Shown: piece after piece, positions 40,366-49,988 of the stretch
Numbering within the stretch: position 1 is the first letter of the stretch
Layout: each line of letters starts with the position of its first letter
Assembly (NCBI GenBank): GCA_030656075.1
Contig: JAUSOT010000147.1
Span: forward strand, 1 to 61,737
From: Candidatus Cloacimonadales bacterium
GTDB taxonomy: Bacteria; Cloacimonadota; Cloacimonadia; Cloacimonadales; TCS61
Reading direction: 5' to 3'
DNA: 61,737 bases
Notes under the pieces: model-generated
What the model saw: only the letters and a program-made list of their open reading frames with translations
Told to the model about the DNA's origin: nothing
The model's database searches: none
Translations under genes and position numbers: made by a program

Positions 40366-41070
40366 AAATTATAAATCATCTTTCCAATTAAACTTCCGAA
40401 GTTTCAAATTATGATGAAATTCTGAAAGCTAAACTTCGGAAGTTTTGGATATTCATCATCACTTCTTCCTTATGATTTTAGAAGCTTGATCCGAGGTTTT
40501 GGTGTCAATGATTTTCAAATTTATGCCGCTAAGAACACAAAGAAACACGAAGCTAAATTTGATTTAGTAATTCGATTTTTCAATTATCATGAAACGAAGA
40601 AAGTGCTGAGACCAACTTTTCAAATCGCGATCTTACTACTTGATCCTAAAAAACTGTCTTTCTGCTTGCCAAACCGAAGTCAAACGAAGGTTGGAGAAAT
40701 TCTTGCCATCCTTCTCACGAAGAATCTCAGTTTTTTAAACAGGCTGATTTGATAGTTTAAACGGATCGGGACAATCCAGCAAAATAAATGATTCAATCGA
40801 GACGATTGAACCAACGCATTGAATGATTTTCTACCCTTCGCCTGCTAATTTTATTGAAATTAACGAATTAGGAGAGGGGCTGGGGTGAGGTAAAAAACTC
40901 CGACTCACTTCGGAATGCATCCCGATTTTTCGGGATTCTTACGAATGTTGAGAATTCCTATCATCTTTCCAACATTCGGATGATCTGAGAAAGAAATTAG
41001 AAAAGAAAATCAGAACAATCCGAAGTTTGAAAAAACTTGACTCAAAAACCGTAATTAGATATTTAGGCAA

Positions 41071-41098
41071 AAGACTAAATAATCGAAATGTTAGTCTT
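41071..41098 (+). promoter_or_regulatory. Palindromic candidate SdpR/ArsR operator
   Basis: aagactaa-N12-ttagtctt (perfect 8-bp arms), between ttgact (about 41035) and the sdpR start at 41121. Confidence 0.4.
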
Positions 41099-41120
41099 GG
41101 TGGTAATTGGTGAGGTATAG

Positions 41121-41384
41121 ATGTTCAATGATAAGGTTTTTAAAGCTTTGGCCGATGTCAATCGGCGCAAGATCGTTTCATTGCTCAAGCAGCGGGATAT
41201 GACGGCTGGTGAAATCGCCGATCAATTCCAAATTTCCAAGCCTTCCATCAGTGAACATCTAAAAATATTGAAGAATGCCAACCTGATTGGTTCGGAAAGG
41301 AATGGACAATTTATCAGATATTTTCTAAATACTTCCATCATTGAAGAAGTGATCAGTTATTTCATGGAGATTTCCAGAAAATGA
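41121..41384 (+). CDS. sdpR: ArsR-type autorepressor, SdpR family
   Basis: 87-aa wHTH: FKALADVNRRKIVSLL..MTAGEIADQFQISKPSISEHLKILKNANLI. An SdpI-type membrane protein follows. Confidence 0.7.
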   Translation: MFNDKVFKALADVNRRKIVSLLKQRDMTAGEIADQFQISKPSISEHLKILKNANLIGSERNGQFIRYFLNTSIIEEVISYFMEISRK

Positions 41385-41540
41385 AATAGAAATTAGTTGT
41401 CTTTCTGAGGATTCTTTTGGCTTTGCTCACGAAGAATCTGCTGAAATTTCTTTCAGCTTTTCTTCTTGTTGGAAAACAGAGATTCTTCCTCAGAACAACG
41501 TGCGAGAAACGTCAGAATGACAATAATTTAAGGAGCAGTA

Positions 41541-42200
41541 ATGAAAATTAAGAATTTTAGAATTGCAATTGTTATCATATTGATACAAATAATCTTATCT
41601 CTGTATCTGGGATTGTCTTTGCCTGCTGATGCCAGGGTTCCATCGCACTGGAATCTACAAGGCGAAATAGACGATTGGAGTGGAAAATGGACGGCAATAT
41701 TTCTTTTTCCCGGCATCAATATCGGAATGCTGCTGCTGGTTATTTTCTTTCCGTCTCTATCTCCCCGCTATCGGAAAGATCCGGAACGTTTCCAGAAAAT
41801 CATGCCTGCCTTCATTAACATCCTGGTTTTCTTTTTTGCCGTGATCCACGCTTATACCCTTCTGCTCGCCAGAGAAGTCGTTCCTTCTTCCAGCCATTTC
41901 ATTCTTATTCTAATCGGGTTAATGTTTGTCTGCCTGGGAAATCTAATGCCGAAAATCCCTTCCAATTTTTATCTGGGAGTGCGCCTTCCCTGGACGTTAA
42001 GTTCAGAGAATGTGTGGCGAAAAACGCATCGCATTGCCGGCTGGAGCTTTTCACTGGGTGGAGTAATTTTCATTATTATCGGGTTCGTCGGAGAAGAGAC
42101 TTCGGCAGTTCAAATCATCCTGATCGCCGCTTTCCTGCTGATTGTTCTCGTTCCGACATTGTCTGCCTTCCTGATCTACAAAAAGGAGCAGAAAGGCTAA
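41541..42200 (+). CDS. sdpI: SdpI/YhfL family membrane protein (DUF1648 + SdpI domains)
   Basis: DUF1648 motif VPSHWNLQGEIDDWSGK. SdpI block NFYLGVRLPWTLSSENVWRKTHRIAGW. Multiple TM helices. Confidence 0.7.
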   Translation: MKIKNFRIAIVIILIQIILSLYLGLSLPADARVPSHWNLQGEIDDWSGKWTAIFLFPGINIGMLLLVIFFPSLSPRYRKDPERFQKIMPAFINILVFFFAVIHAYTLLLAREVVPSSSHFILILIGLMFVCLGNLMPKIPSNFYLGVRLPWTLSSENVWRKTHRIAGWSFSLGGVIFIIIGFVGEETSAVQIILIAAFLLIVLVPTLSAFLIYKKEQKG

Positions 42201-42349
42201 TATTTTCCACCGGTAAGCATAATTCTGATTTTTCCCAACGAATCGAATATTATATTTAGATAATAATATTAATCGTGAATAGGGTTGACACGTTTATTTC
42301 CATTCCCAAATTTGCTATCAAAAAATATATAAAAACTCGGAGGAATATA

Positions 42350-43669
42350 ATGAGTAAAAAAGTAACAATCTTCGGAGCGGGACTTGTCGTGAAGCCGATG
42401 GTGGATTACCTGGCAAAAAAAGGTTATATTGTTACCGTTGCCAGCCGAACTTTAAGCAAAGCTGAAAAATTAGCTGCCCCACATCCCAATGTTTTCGCCA
42501 GACATTTTCTTACCAAAGATGAATCTGCTATGGAAGAATTGGTGAAAAACAGCGATCTGGTTGTGAGCTTGCTTCCAGCAACTTTACACGTTGAAGTCGC
42601 CAAAAAATGTATCGAATTTAAAACAGATATGGTCACCACATCCTATATCAGCCCGGCCATGCGAGCTTTGGATCAGAAGGCCAAAGATGCCGGAATTATC
42701 ATCCTGAATGAAATCGGCGTCGATCCCGGTATCGATCACATGAGCGCCATGAAGATTTTCCACAAAGTTGAAAAAGAAGGCGGCAAGATCGTCAGTTTCA
42801 TGAGCTACTGCGGCGGACTGCCGGCTCCCGATGCCAACACAAATCCTCTGGGTTATAAATTTTCCTGGGCTCCCAAAGGTGTTTTGAAAGCTGCCGGAAA
42901 TGGCGCCAAATATATGAAAGACGGCAAGATCATCGAAATCGACGGACCGGATCTTTTCAAAAATTACTGGTTTGTGGACGTGGAAGGTGCTGGAACTTTT
43001 GAGGCATATCCGAATCGTAATTCTCTCGATTATATCGGCATTTACAATCTGAAAGACGTCAAAACCATGTATCGTGGAACGTTCCGCAATATCAGTCACT
43101 GCGACACATGGTACATTCTTTCTCAGATGGGATTTTATAAAGAAGACGAAATTTTCGACAACCTGACCGGTACGGTGAAAGATTTCATTCTCACTAAAAT
43201 GTTCAAAGTTGGAAAAGACAAATGCTTAAAATGTCTGCTGATGGAAAAATATAATCTTCCGGCCGAAAGTGTGATCCTGAAAAAATTTGCCTGGCTGGGC
43301 TTCTTCGATGAAACGCCGATCCCGATCAAAAAAGGCGGCGCCGTGGATGTGCTGACGGCTATAATGCTGGAAAAAATGTCTTATGAAAAAGGCGAACGCG
43401 ATCTTCTGGTTCTGCATCACCAGTTTGTCGCCGAATATCCCGACAAAACCCAAAAGATTACCTTAACCATGATCGACTACGGAATTCCTAATGGCGATAC
43501 ATCCATAGCTCGCACGGTTTCACTTCCTGCCGCCATCGGCGTGCACATGATCCTGGAAGACAAAATTACTGTGAAAGGCGTTCATATGCCGATCCTGCCG
43601 AATATTTATAATCCTGTGTTGACGGAACTGGAGAAATTGAACATAAAGTTAGTTGAGAGATTTTATTGA
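42350..43669 (+). CDS. Saccharopine dehydrogenase (LYS9 / AASS C-terminal-type, glutamate-forming)
   Basis: Rossmann start KVTIFGAGLVVKP. Long collinear match to the SDH half of eukaryotic AASS/Lys9: TSYISPAMRALD, ILNEIGVDPGIDHM, YCGGLPAP...NPLGYKFSWAPKGVL, EAYPNRNS, YRGTFR. Start at ATG 42350 after cggagg. Confidence 0.85.
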   Translation: MSKKVTIFGAGLVVKPMVDYLAKKGYIVTVASRTLSKAEKLAAPHPNVFARHFLTKDESAMEELVKNSDLVVSLLPATLHVEVAKKCIEFKTDMVTTSYISPAMRALDQKAKDAGIIILNEIGVDPGIDHMSAMKIFHKVEKEGGKIVSFMSYCGGLPAPDANTNPLGYKFSWAPKGVLKAAGNGAKYMKDGKIIEIDGPDLFKNYWFVDVEGAGTFEAYPNRNSLDYIGIYNLKDVKTMYRGTFRNISHCDTWYILSQMGFYKEDEIFDNLTGTVKDFILTKMFKVGKDKCLKCLLMEKYNLPAESVILKKFAWLGFFDETPIPIKKGGAVDVLTAIMLEKMSYEKGERDLLVLHHQFVAEYPDKTQKITLTMIDYGIPNGDTSIARTVSLPAAIGVHMILEDKITVKGVHMPILPNIYNPVLTELEKLNIKLVERFY

Positions 43670-43790
43670 TCTCAAATTACCGACATAAAAATAACTCGTT
43701 CCCAAGTTTCAGCTTGGGAACATTTTGTAATAATGGTTATCAGCGTCGTTACGAAGATGAAACTTCGTAACGAGATAAAAAAGGAATTTT

Positions 43791-45086
43791 ATGAAAACAC
43801 TTGGAATAGTGAAAGAAACAAAAAATAAATGGGAACGCCGCGTTCCTCTGAATCCGCAAGCTGTAAAGGAATTGATCGAAAAAGGCTTCGAAGTTATTAT
43901 TCAGCCGTCTGAAATACGCATTTATACAGATGACGAATTTGAAGCTGTTGGCGCAAAGATAAGTGATGATCTGTCTCAATGTGATTTTGTTATCGGAGTA
44001 AAAGAAATTCCCATCCCTGACATAATTCACGGTATTCCCCATCTTTTCTTTTCTCACACCATCAAAGGACAGGAATACAATATGCCAATGCTGCAATACA
44101 TTTTGGATAATAGCGTTACCTTGCTGGATTATGAAAAGATCGCAGACGAAGAAAACCGCCGCCTGGTTTTCTTTGGTGAATATGCCGGAAATGCCGGCAC
44201 GATAGATACTTTGCATGGCCTTGGCAGAAGATTGAAAGAGCATTATGGTCTCGATACTCCCTTCCTGAAAGTTAAACATGCGTTTCAATATAAATCGGTG
44301 AAAGATGCGATCAAACATCTGAAAACGATCGGTAAAGAAATTGAAGAAAATGGCCTTCCCGATAAAATCGTTCCCTTCAATGTTTTCCTGATGGGATACG
44401 GACACGTGTCGCATGGAGCCAGATTGATCCTGGAAGCGCTTCCCATAGAAGACATTCAGCCGGAAGAATTATTGGCAAAACAATCCGAACTTAAAAACAA
44501 CAAAATATACCTGACCACTTTCAAAGAAAAACACATGGTGGAACGCAAAGATGACGGAGTGTTCACTTTGCCGCATTACTACAACAATCCAAGCAGATAC
44601 AAATCACGGTTAGAAAATTATTTGAATTATTGCAGCGTTTATATCAATGCTATTTATTGGGATCCTCATTCTCCCGTATTTCTGTCAAAAACCGTGTTAC
44701 AAACATTGCAGGGGAAAAAACAAAAACTGATAATTATTGGCGATATTACCTGCGATATCAAAGGCTCGGTAGCCGCCACTGTTAAACATACCTGGCCGGA
44801 TAATCCGGTATTTATCTACGACGCAAAAACAGGAAATATTGCCGACAGTTATGAAGGCGAAGGATTTGCCGTGATGGCGGTGGATAACCTTCCCTGTGAA
44901 TTTCCCAGAGAATCATCAGATAATTTCTCGGCTGGATTAATGCCCTTTATGCAAAGCATGCTTTTGAACGATTATTCTAAATCGATCCATGATTCCAGTC
45001 TGCCGGATGAGATCAAAAAAGCCTGCATCACGCATCAGGGAAATTTGGAAAAAGATTACAAATATTTGAAAGAAGATTTAAAATAA
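43791..45086 (+). CDS. Lysine-ketoglutarate reductase-like protein (LKR/LOR, AlaDH-PNT fold; saccharopine dehydrogenase, lysine-forming type)
   Basis: N-terminus GIVKETKNKWERRVPLNPQAVKELIEKGFEVIIQPS..RIYTDDEF mirrors the LKR half of bifunctional AASS. C-terminal ITCDIKGS...AVDNLPCEFP. Confidence 0.8.
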   Translation: MKTLGIVKETKNKWERRVPLNPQAVKELIEKGFEVIIQPSEIRIYTDDEFEAVGAKISDDLSQCDFVIGVKEIPIPDIIHGIPHLFFSHTIKGQEYNMPMLQYILDNSVTLLDYEKIADEENRRLVFFGEYAGNAGTIDTLHGLGRRLKEHYGLDTPFLKVKHAFQYKSVKDAIKHLKTIGKEIEENGLPDKIVPFNVFLMGYGHVSHGARLILEALPIEDIQPEELLAKQSELKNNKIYLTTFKEKHMVERKDDGVFTLPHYYNNPSRYKSRLENYLNYCSVYINAIYWDPHSPVFLSKTVLQTLQGKKQKLIIIGDITCDIKGSVAATVKHTWPDNPVFIYDAKTGNIADSYEGEGFAVMAVDNLPCEFPRESSDNFSAGLMPFMQSMLLNDYSKSIHDSSLPDEIKKACITHQGNLEKDYKYLKEDLK

Positions 45087-45555
45087 AAGAATTTACTCTG
45101 CCATCGCTTCATTCAATATATCTTGCAGTTAGCAATGTCAGGGTGAGATGAATAGAGTGAAATTTCATTTAAAGTAGAAGTGAAAGAAACCTTGGCAGGA
45201 TTAAGTATATCGCCCGATGTGAAAGAAATCCTGACAAGGTTAATAATCTTTCTCTCGTTCCCAAAGCCCTCTTTGGGAATGTCTATGGAAGCGAAACTCC
45301 TGTTTCGCAGATAGTTTGCAGCTTGTTCCTAAGTTTTTTGGGGGGAACACCGGATAGCGTTACGAAGACGAACTTCGTAACGAGAAAAATAGAGTGTGAT
45401 TTATAAAAGATTTAGCCCCTCCCTGCCCTCCCCAAAGGAGAGGGTAAAGAGTTTATGTCTTTGAAATGCTTTTCCTTCTCCATTGGAGAAGGTGGCTGAG
45501 TGAAACGAAGACGGATGAGGCAACAAAAGAAAATTTATAAAATATAGGAGTAATC

Positions 45556-46740
45556 ATGGCTAAAATCAGTACAGCCGGAAATTATGGAAAGGAAATCCGC
45601 TCCGATTGTATGGCAACACTCGAACTTACCAAAAGCGGCGGATTGAAAATAGATCTGATCAGTAAAGTTAAAGATTATTTCGGAGATCAGATCATTTCCC
45701 TGGCAAAAGAAGAACTCAAATTCTTTGGCATCAAAAACGCCAAATTAAAGATCGAAGACCAAGGAGCACTGGATTTTGTGATCGCTGCCAGAATTGAGGC
45801 GGCAGTAAAACAACTGATCGAAACCGACCAAGAATATCTGCTCGAAATCATTCCGCAAAATACCGATCAAACTGCGAAAGACCGTCCGAGAAGATCTCGT
45901 CTTTACCTGCCGGGAAACACACCCAAACTTGCTTTGAATGCCGGCATTTACAAACCGGACGGTATCATTCTTGATCTGGAAGATTCTGTGGCTCCCGACA
46001 AGAAATTTGAAGCAACCATCCTGGTGCGAAACACGCTTCGTTCTGTGAACTTCTATGGTGCGGAAAGAATGGTTCGCATCAATCAACTGCCGCAAGGACT
46101 CGATGATCTCGATCACATCATTCCGCAGCATGTGAATGTGATTCTCGTGCCAAAATGCGAAACAACAGACCAGCTCAAAGCAGCGAATAATAAAATTGCC
46201 AAAATCAAAAAAGAGAAAAATCTGAATTATGAAGTCTGGTTAATTCCGATCATAGAAAGTGCATTGGGAGTGATCAATTCCTATCAAATTGCCTGCTGTG
46301 AAAATGTGGTTGGACTGGCTATCGGTTTGGAAGATTACACCGCCGATCTGGGAACGCAGCGAACTGCCGAAGGCAACGAATCTTTCTTTGCTCGCTCTCA
46401 AATTGTGAATTCCGCTCGGGCAGCCAAAGTTCAGTCGTTCGATTCGGTGTTTTCTGATGTGAATGATATGGAAGCCCTCAAGCAGAATGTTCTTACTTCC
46501 AAATCTCTGGGTTTTGATGGAATGGGCTGCATTCATCCCCGCCAGATTCCGGTGATCCACGCTAATTTTGCTCCGACTGAAAAGGAAATCGAAAAAGCAA
46601 AGCAGATAGTAGCTGCCTTCCAAGAAGCAAAGGAAAAGGGATTAGGAGTCGTGTCTCTTGGTTCCAAAATGATCGACGCACCGGTGGTAAAACGGGCTCA
46701 GAAAGTATTGGAACTAGTAAGCGTCGGAGGAAATAACTAA
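45556..46740 (+). CDS. citDE: Citrate-lyase-type fusion: acyl carrier (gamma, CitD) domain + citryl-CoA-lyase (beta, CitE) domain
   Basis: Residues 1 to about 95 are CitD-like, with the prosthetic-group serine context GKEIRSDCMATLEL. The rest is CitE/HpcH-like: RRSRLYLPGNTPK, GIILDLEDSVAP, RINQL, VPKCET, IESALGV, GLEDYTADLG, DGMGCIHPRQI. Confidence 0.8.
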   Translation: MAKISTAGNYGKEIRSDCMATLELTKSGGLKIDLISKVKDYFGDQIISLAKEELKFFGIKNAKLKIEDQGALDFVIAARIEAAVKQLIETDQEYLLEIIPQNTDQTAKDRPRRSRLYLPGNTPKLALNAGIYKPDGIILDLEDSVAPDKKFEATILVRNTLRSVNFYGAERMVRINQLPQGLDDLDHIIPQHVNVILVPKCETTDQLKAANNKIAKIKKEKNLNYEVWLIPIIESALGVINSYQIACCENVVGLAIGLEDYTADLGTQRTAEGNESFFARSQIVNSARAAKVQSFDSVFSDVNDMEALKQNVLTSKSLGFDGMGCIHPRQIPVIHANFAPTEKEIEKAKQIVAAFQEAKEKGLGVVSLGSKMIDAPVVKRAQKVLELVSVGGNN

Positions 46741-48302
46741 TGAAAAAAGCAGATAAATTTGTGCTGAATGCTGCGGGACGAATGGTTCCAACCATCGTGA
46801 ATGGAAGAAAAGTGATCCCGTTCATGGGAGTGAATAAATACTGGCCAACTCACAAAGGCGCTGCTCCGCACGTTCCTACCTGTATCGATTATCCGGCAGA
46901 TGGAAATAAGATCGTCGAAACATTAAAAGAAGCTCTCATCAAATCAGGTTTGAAAGATGGAATGACGATTTCAACTCATCATCATTACAGGAACGGAGAC
47001 TTCCTGGCTAACCAGGTTTTCGACATTGCAGCGGAACTCGGCGTGAAGAATTTGATCTGGGTTCCCAGCGCAGCTTTTCCCTGTCATGCACCGATCATCA
47101 AACATATTGAATCCGGCGTTGTTCATCATATCGAAGGAAGTTTGAACGGACCTTTGGGAGATTTTTGCAGTCGTGGAAAAATGCCCGGATTGGGCTATTT
47201 GAGAAGTCATGGTGGAAGATATCGCGCCATTGCTGATGGTGAACTACACATCGATATCGCTGTGATGGGCGCTTCAGCTTCAGATATGACCGGTAATGCC
47301 AACGGTGTGATGGGAAAGCATCCATTCGGGCCAATGGCTTTCACCAAAGCCGACGTGAAATATGCCGATCGAACTATCGTTGTCACCGACACGTTGATTG
47401 ATTTTCCCTGCTATCCCTGGGAGATCATGGGAAATGATGTCGATTTTGTCGTGGTGGTCGATCAAATCGGTGATCCTGATCAAATCGTTTCAGGAACTAC
47501 CAAGATAACAAATAGTCCCGATAGATTATTAATCGCGGAATATTGCGCCAAATTCATCGATGCCGCCGGCATTCTGAAAGATGGAATCAGCTTCCAGGCT
47601 GGCGCCGGAGGAACTTCCCTCGCTTTTGTTCATTTCGTGAAAGAAATTATGCTGAAAAAGGGAATCAAAGCAAAATGCCTAATGGGTGGCAGTACAAAAT
47701 TCCTGGTCGAACTTTTGGAAAGTGGGCTAACAGAATATATTTTTGAAGGTCAGGCCTTCGATCTGGATGCGATCAGATCATTGCGTGATAATCCCAATCA
47801 CATTCCCATCGCAGTTTTTGATTCCTATGATTTTCATGCCAAAGGGAACCTGGCCAGAATGATGGATGTGATCGTGCTGGGCAGCACAGAAGTTGATGTC
47901 ACTTTCAATGCCAATTGCGTTTCTCACAGCGACGGCAGAATGCTACATGGAATTGGTGGTTTTCAGAATTGCATGATAGCCAAATGCACAATTCTCGCAG
48001 TTCCATCTTTCCGGGACAGAATTCCGGTGATCAAAGATGAAGTGACAACGCTCGTTGCTCCGGGTGAATTGGTCGATGTGATCGTTACAGAGCGTGGGAT
48101 CTGCATCAATCCTCTTAGAAAAGACCTGATCGAAGCAACTAAAGATTCCGGCCTACCAATTCGGGACATAAAAGATTTGAAGAAAGAAATCGATCAAATT
48201 TGCGGAATTCCGGCAAAACCAAAATTATCTGATGAAGCAGTCGCCGTAGTCGAGTGGATCGACGGCACAATTCTCGATACGATCAGAAAAGTAGAGAAAT
48301 AA
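46740..48302 (+). CDS. citF: Citrate lyase alpha subunit (citrate CoA-transferase) family protein, paralog 1
   Basis: CitF blocks GMTISTHHHYRNGD, IHHIEGSLNGPLG, LRSHGGR, AGAGGTSLA, GSTEVDVTFN, LHGIGGFQNC. TAATG overlap with citDE. Confidence 0.85.
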   Translation: MKKADKFVLNAAGRMVPTIVNGRKVIPFMGVNKYWPTHKGAAPHVPTCIDYPADGNKIVETLKEALIKSGLKDGMTISTHHHYRNGDFLANQVFDIAAELGVKNLIWVPSAAFPCHAPIIKHIESGVVHHIEGSLNGPLGDFCSRGKMPGLGYLRSHGGRYRAIADGELHIDIAVMGASASDMTGNANGVMGKHPFGPMAFTKADVKYADRTIVVTDTLIDFPCYPWEIMGNDVDFVVVVDQIGDPDQIVSGTTKITNSPDRLLIAEYCAKFIDAAGILKDGISFQAGAGGTSLAFVHFVKEIMLKKGIKAKCLMGGSTKFLVELLESGLTEYIFEGQAFDLDAIRSLRDNPNHIPIAVFDSYDFHAKGNLARMMDVIVLGSTEVDVTFNANCVSHSDGRMLHGIGGFQNCMIAKCTILAVPSFRDRIPVIKDEVTTLVAPGELVDVIVTERGICINPLRKDLIEATKDSGLPIRDIKDLKKEIDQICGIPAKPKLSDEAVAVVEWIDGTILDTIRKVEK

Positions 48303-48304
48303 TG

Positions 48305-48418
48305 CGTTACGAAGACAAACTTCGTAACGAGGTTATTTCTTGAACAAAAAAGAATCTTGTTCCCAGGTTCGTCTTGGGAATGCAAGAACAGAAGTGTTAC
48401 GAAGACGAACTTCGTAAC
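48305..48418. repeat. Hairpin trio in the citF-citF' spacer
   Basis: Three hairpins: cgttacgaagacaaacttcgtaacg (48305..48329), gttcccaggttcgtcttgggaa (about 48359..48380) and gttacgaagacgaacttcgtaac (48396..48418). The same families occur at 43698, 43747, 45257 and 45358. Confidence 0.85.
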
Positions 48419-48430
48419 GAGAGTAATTAT

Positions 48431-49987
48431 ATGCCAATAAACCAAATAAAAAACGGCGTGGGACGAATGATCCCGACCGAGATCAATGGCAAACCAGTAA
48501 TTCCTTTTATGGGTCTGGGGAAGCATCGTCCAACAGGAAAGATTATTGGACCTTCCATTCCCACCTGCCTGGATTTTCCTGAAGATGGAGATAAAACTCT
48601 ACCTTCTTTGAAGGAAGCGTTACTGAAAGCAGGTTTGAAAGACGGTATGACTATCTCTACTCATCACCACTTGCGAGACGGCGATCTAATTGCCAATGAA
48701 GTTTTTAAAATTGCCAGCGAACGGGGAATCAAATATCTGATCTGGTATCCATCCGCATCTTTTCCATGCCATGAACCGCTAATTGAATATTTGGAAAATG
48801 GCACAATTCATCATATCGAAGGTAGCATGAATGGCCCTTTGGGACGTTTTACTTCCCGCGGAAAAATGAAAGGTGTGGGAATTTTAAGATCTCATGGCGG
48901 CCGCGTTCAAGCTCTTAAAGACGGTGAAGTGATAATCGATATTGCTGTACTGGCAGCTCCAACCTGTGATATGTTTGGCAATTCTACCGGTCAGCACGGA
49001 CCTTCTGCCTGCGGTGTGTTGGGCTATGCCAAAGCTGATGCATTATTTGCCGAAAAAGTGATAATCGTTACTGATAACCTGGTGGATTTTCCCTGCATGC
49101 CGATGGAAATTGAAGGAAATTACGTCGATTACGTTGTGGTTGTAGATAAAATTGGACTTCCCGAAAAAATCATTTCAGGCACAACTCAAATCACCAAAAA
49201 TCCCGACCGGCTTCAATTGGCAGAATTAACAGCTCGTTTTCTGCTGGAATCGGGAATTTTGAAGGATAAATGTTTTATGCAAGCCGGAGCAGGCGGAACT
49301 TCCCTTGCTATCGGCGATTATGTGCATCAGATTTTCAGGGAAAAAGGCTGGAAAATTCAGGTTGGTTTCGGCGGCAGTACCAAGTATATGGTGGACATGC
49401 TGAAAGACGGCACGATGGAACACATCCTGGATGCTCAAGCCTTCGATCTGGAAGCTGTTCGCAGCATTGAAGAAAATGCCAATCATCATCACTATCCGGT
49501 TTTCAATGCTTATAATTTCCACTCCAAGGGAAACCTGAATTCCATGATGGATATTTCAATTTTAGGAGCTACGGAAGTCGATGTGAATTTCAACGGCAAT
49601 GTCGTCACTCACTCAGACGGCTATTTGTTGCATGGAATCGGCGGTTGGCAAAACTGCCTGCATGCCAAAAATGTGATTCTTCCACTTCCACTGGTTCGCC
49701 ATGGTATTCCTGTTATTCGCGATGAAGTGACAACAGTTGTTGGACCGGGAGAATTAATTGATGTGATCGTTACACAGTTTGGAATTGCGATCAATCCGAG
49801 ACGAACAGATTTGTTGGAAAAAATGAAAAATTCCAATCTTCCAATTAAAACTATCGAAGAATTGAAAGAAGAAGCCGAACGTATCTGCGGAGTTCAGGAA
49901 AAACCAAAATTCACAGATAAGATAGTGGCAGCAGTCAAATGGGTGGACGGCACCGTGATCGATGTAGTGAGACAAGTGGAGGAATAG
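48431..49987 (+). CDS. Citrate lyase alpha subunit family protein, paralog 2
   Basis: Collinear with paralog 1 (GMTISTHHHLRDGD, IHHIEGSMNGPLG, LRSHGGR, AGAGGTSLA, GATEVDVNFN, LHGIGGWQNC). Start at ATG 48431 (MPINQIKNG), parallel to the paralog-1 N-terminus. Confidence 0.8.
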   Translation: MPINQIKNGVGRMIPTEINGKPVIPFMGLGKHRPTGKIIGPSIPTCLDFPEDGDKTLPSLKEALLKAGLKDGMTISTHHHLRDGDLIANEVFKIASERGIKYLIWYPSASFPCHEPLIEYLENGTIHHIEGSMNGPLGRFTSRGKMKGVGILRSHGGRVQALKDGEVIIDIAVLAAPTCDMFGNSTGQHGPSACGVLGYAKADALFAEKVIIVTDNLVDFPCMPMEIEGNYVDYVVVVDKIGLPEKIISGTTQITKNPDRLQLAELTARFLLESGILKDKCFMQAGAGGTSLAIGDYVHQIFREKGWKIQVGFGGSTKYMVDMLKDGTMEHILDAQAFDLEAVRSIEENANHHHYPVFNAYNFHSKGNLNSMMDISILGATEVDVNFNGNVVTHSDGYLLHGIGGWQNCLHAKNVILPLPLVRHGIPVIRDEVTTVVGPGELIDVIVTQFGIAINPRRTDLLEKMKNSNLPIKTIEELKEEAERICGVQEKPKFTDKIVAAVKWVDGTVIDVVRQVEE

Positions 49988-49988
49988 C

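Noticed and set aside
40486-40752. 88-aa plus-strand ORF in the 755-bp gap between the HAD gene and sdpR.
   Set aside because: It is built from repeat units (aagaacacaaagaaacacgaagc, gtctttctgcttgcc...), has a TTG start and shows no homology signal. Treated as non-coding.
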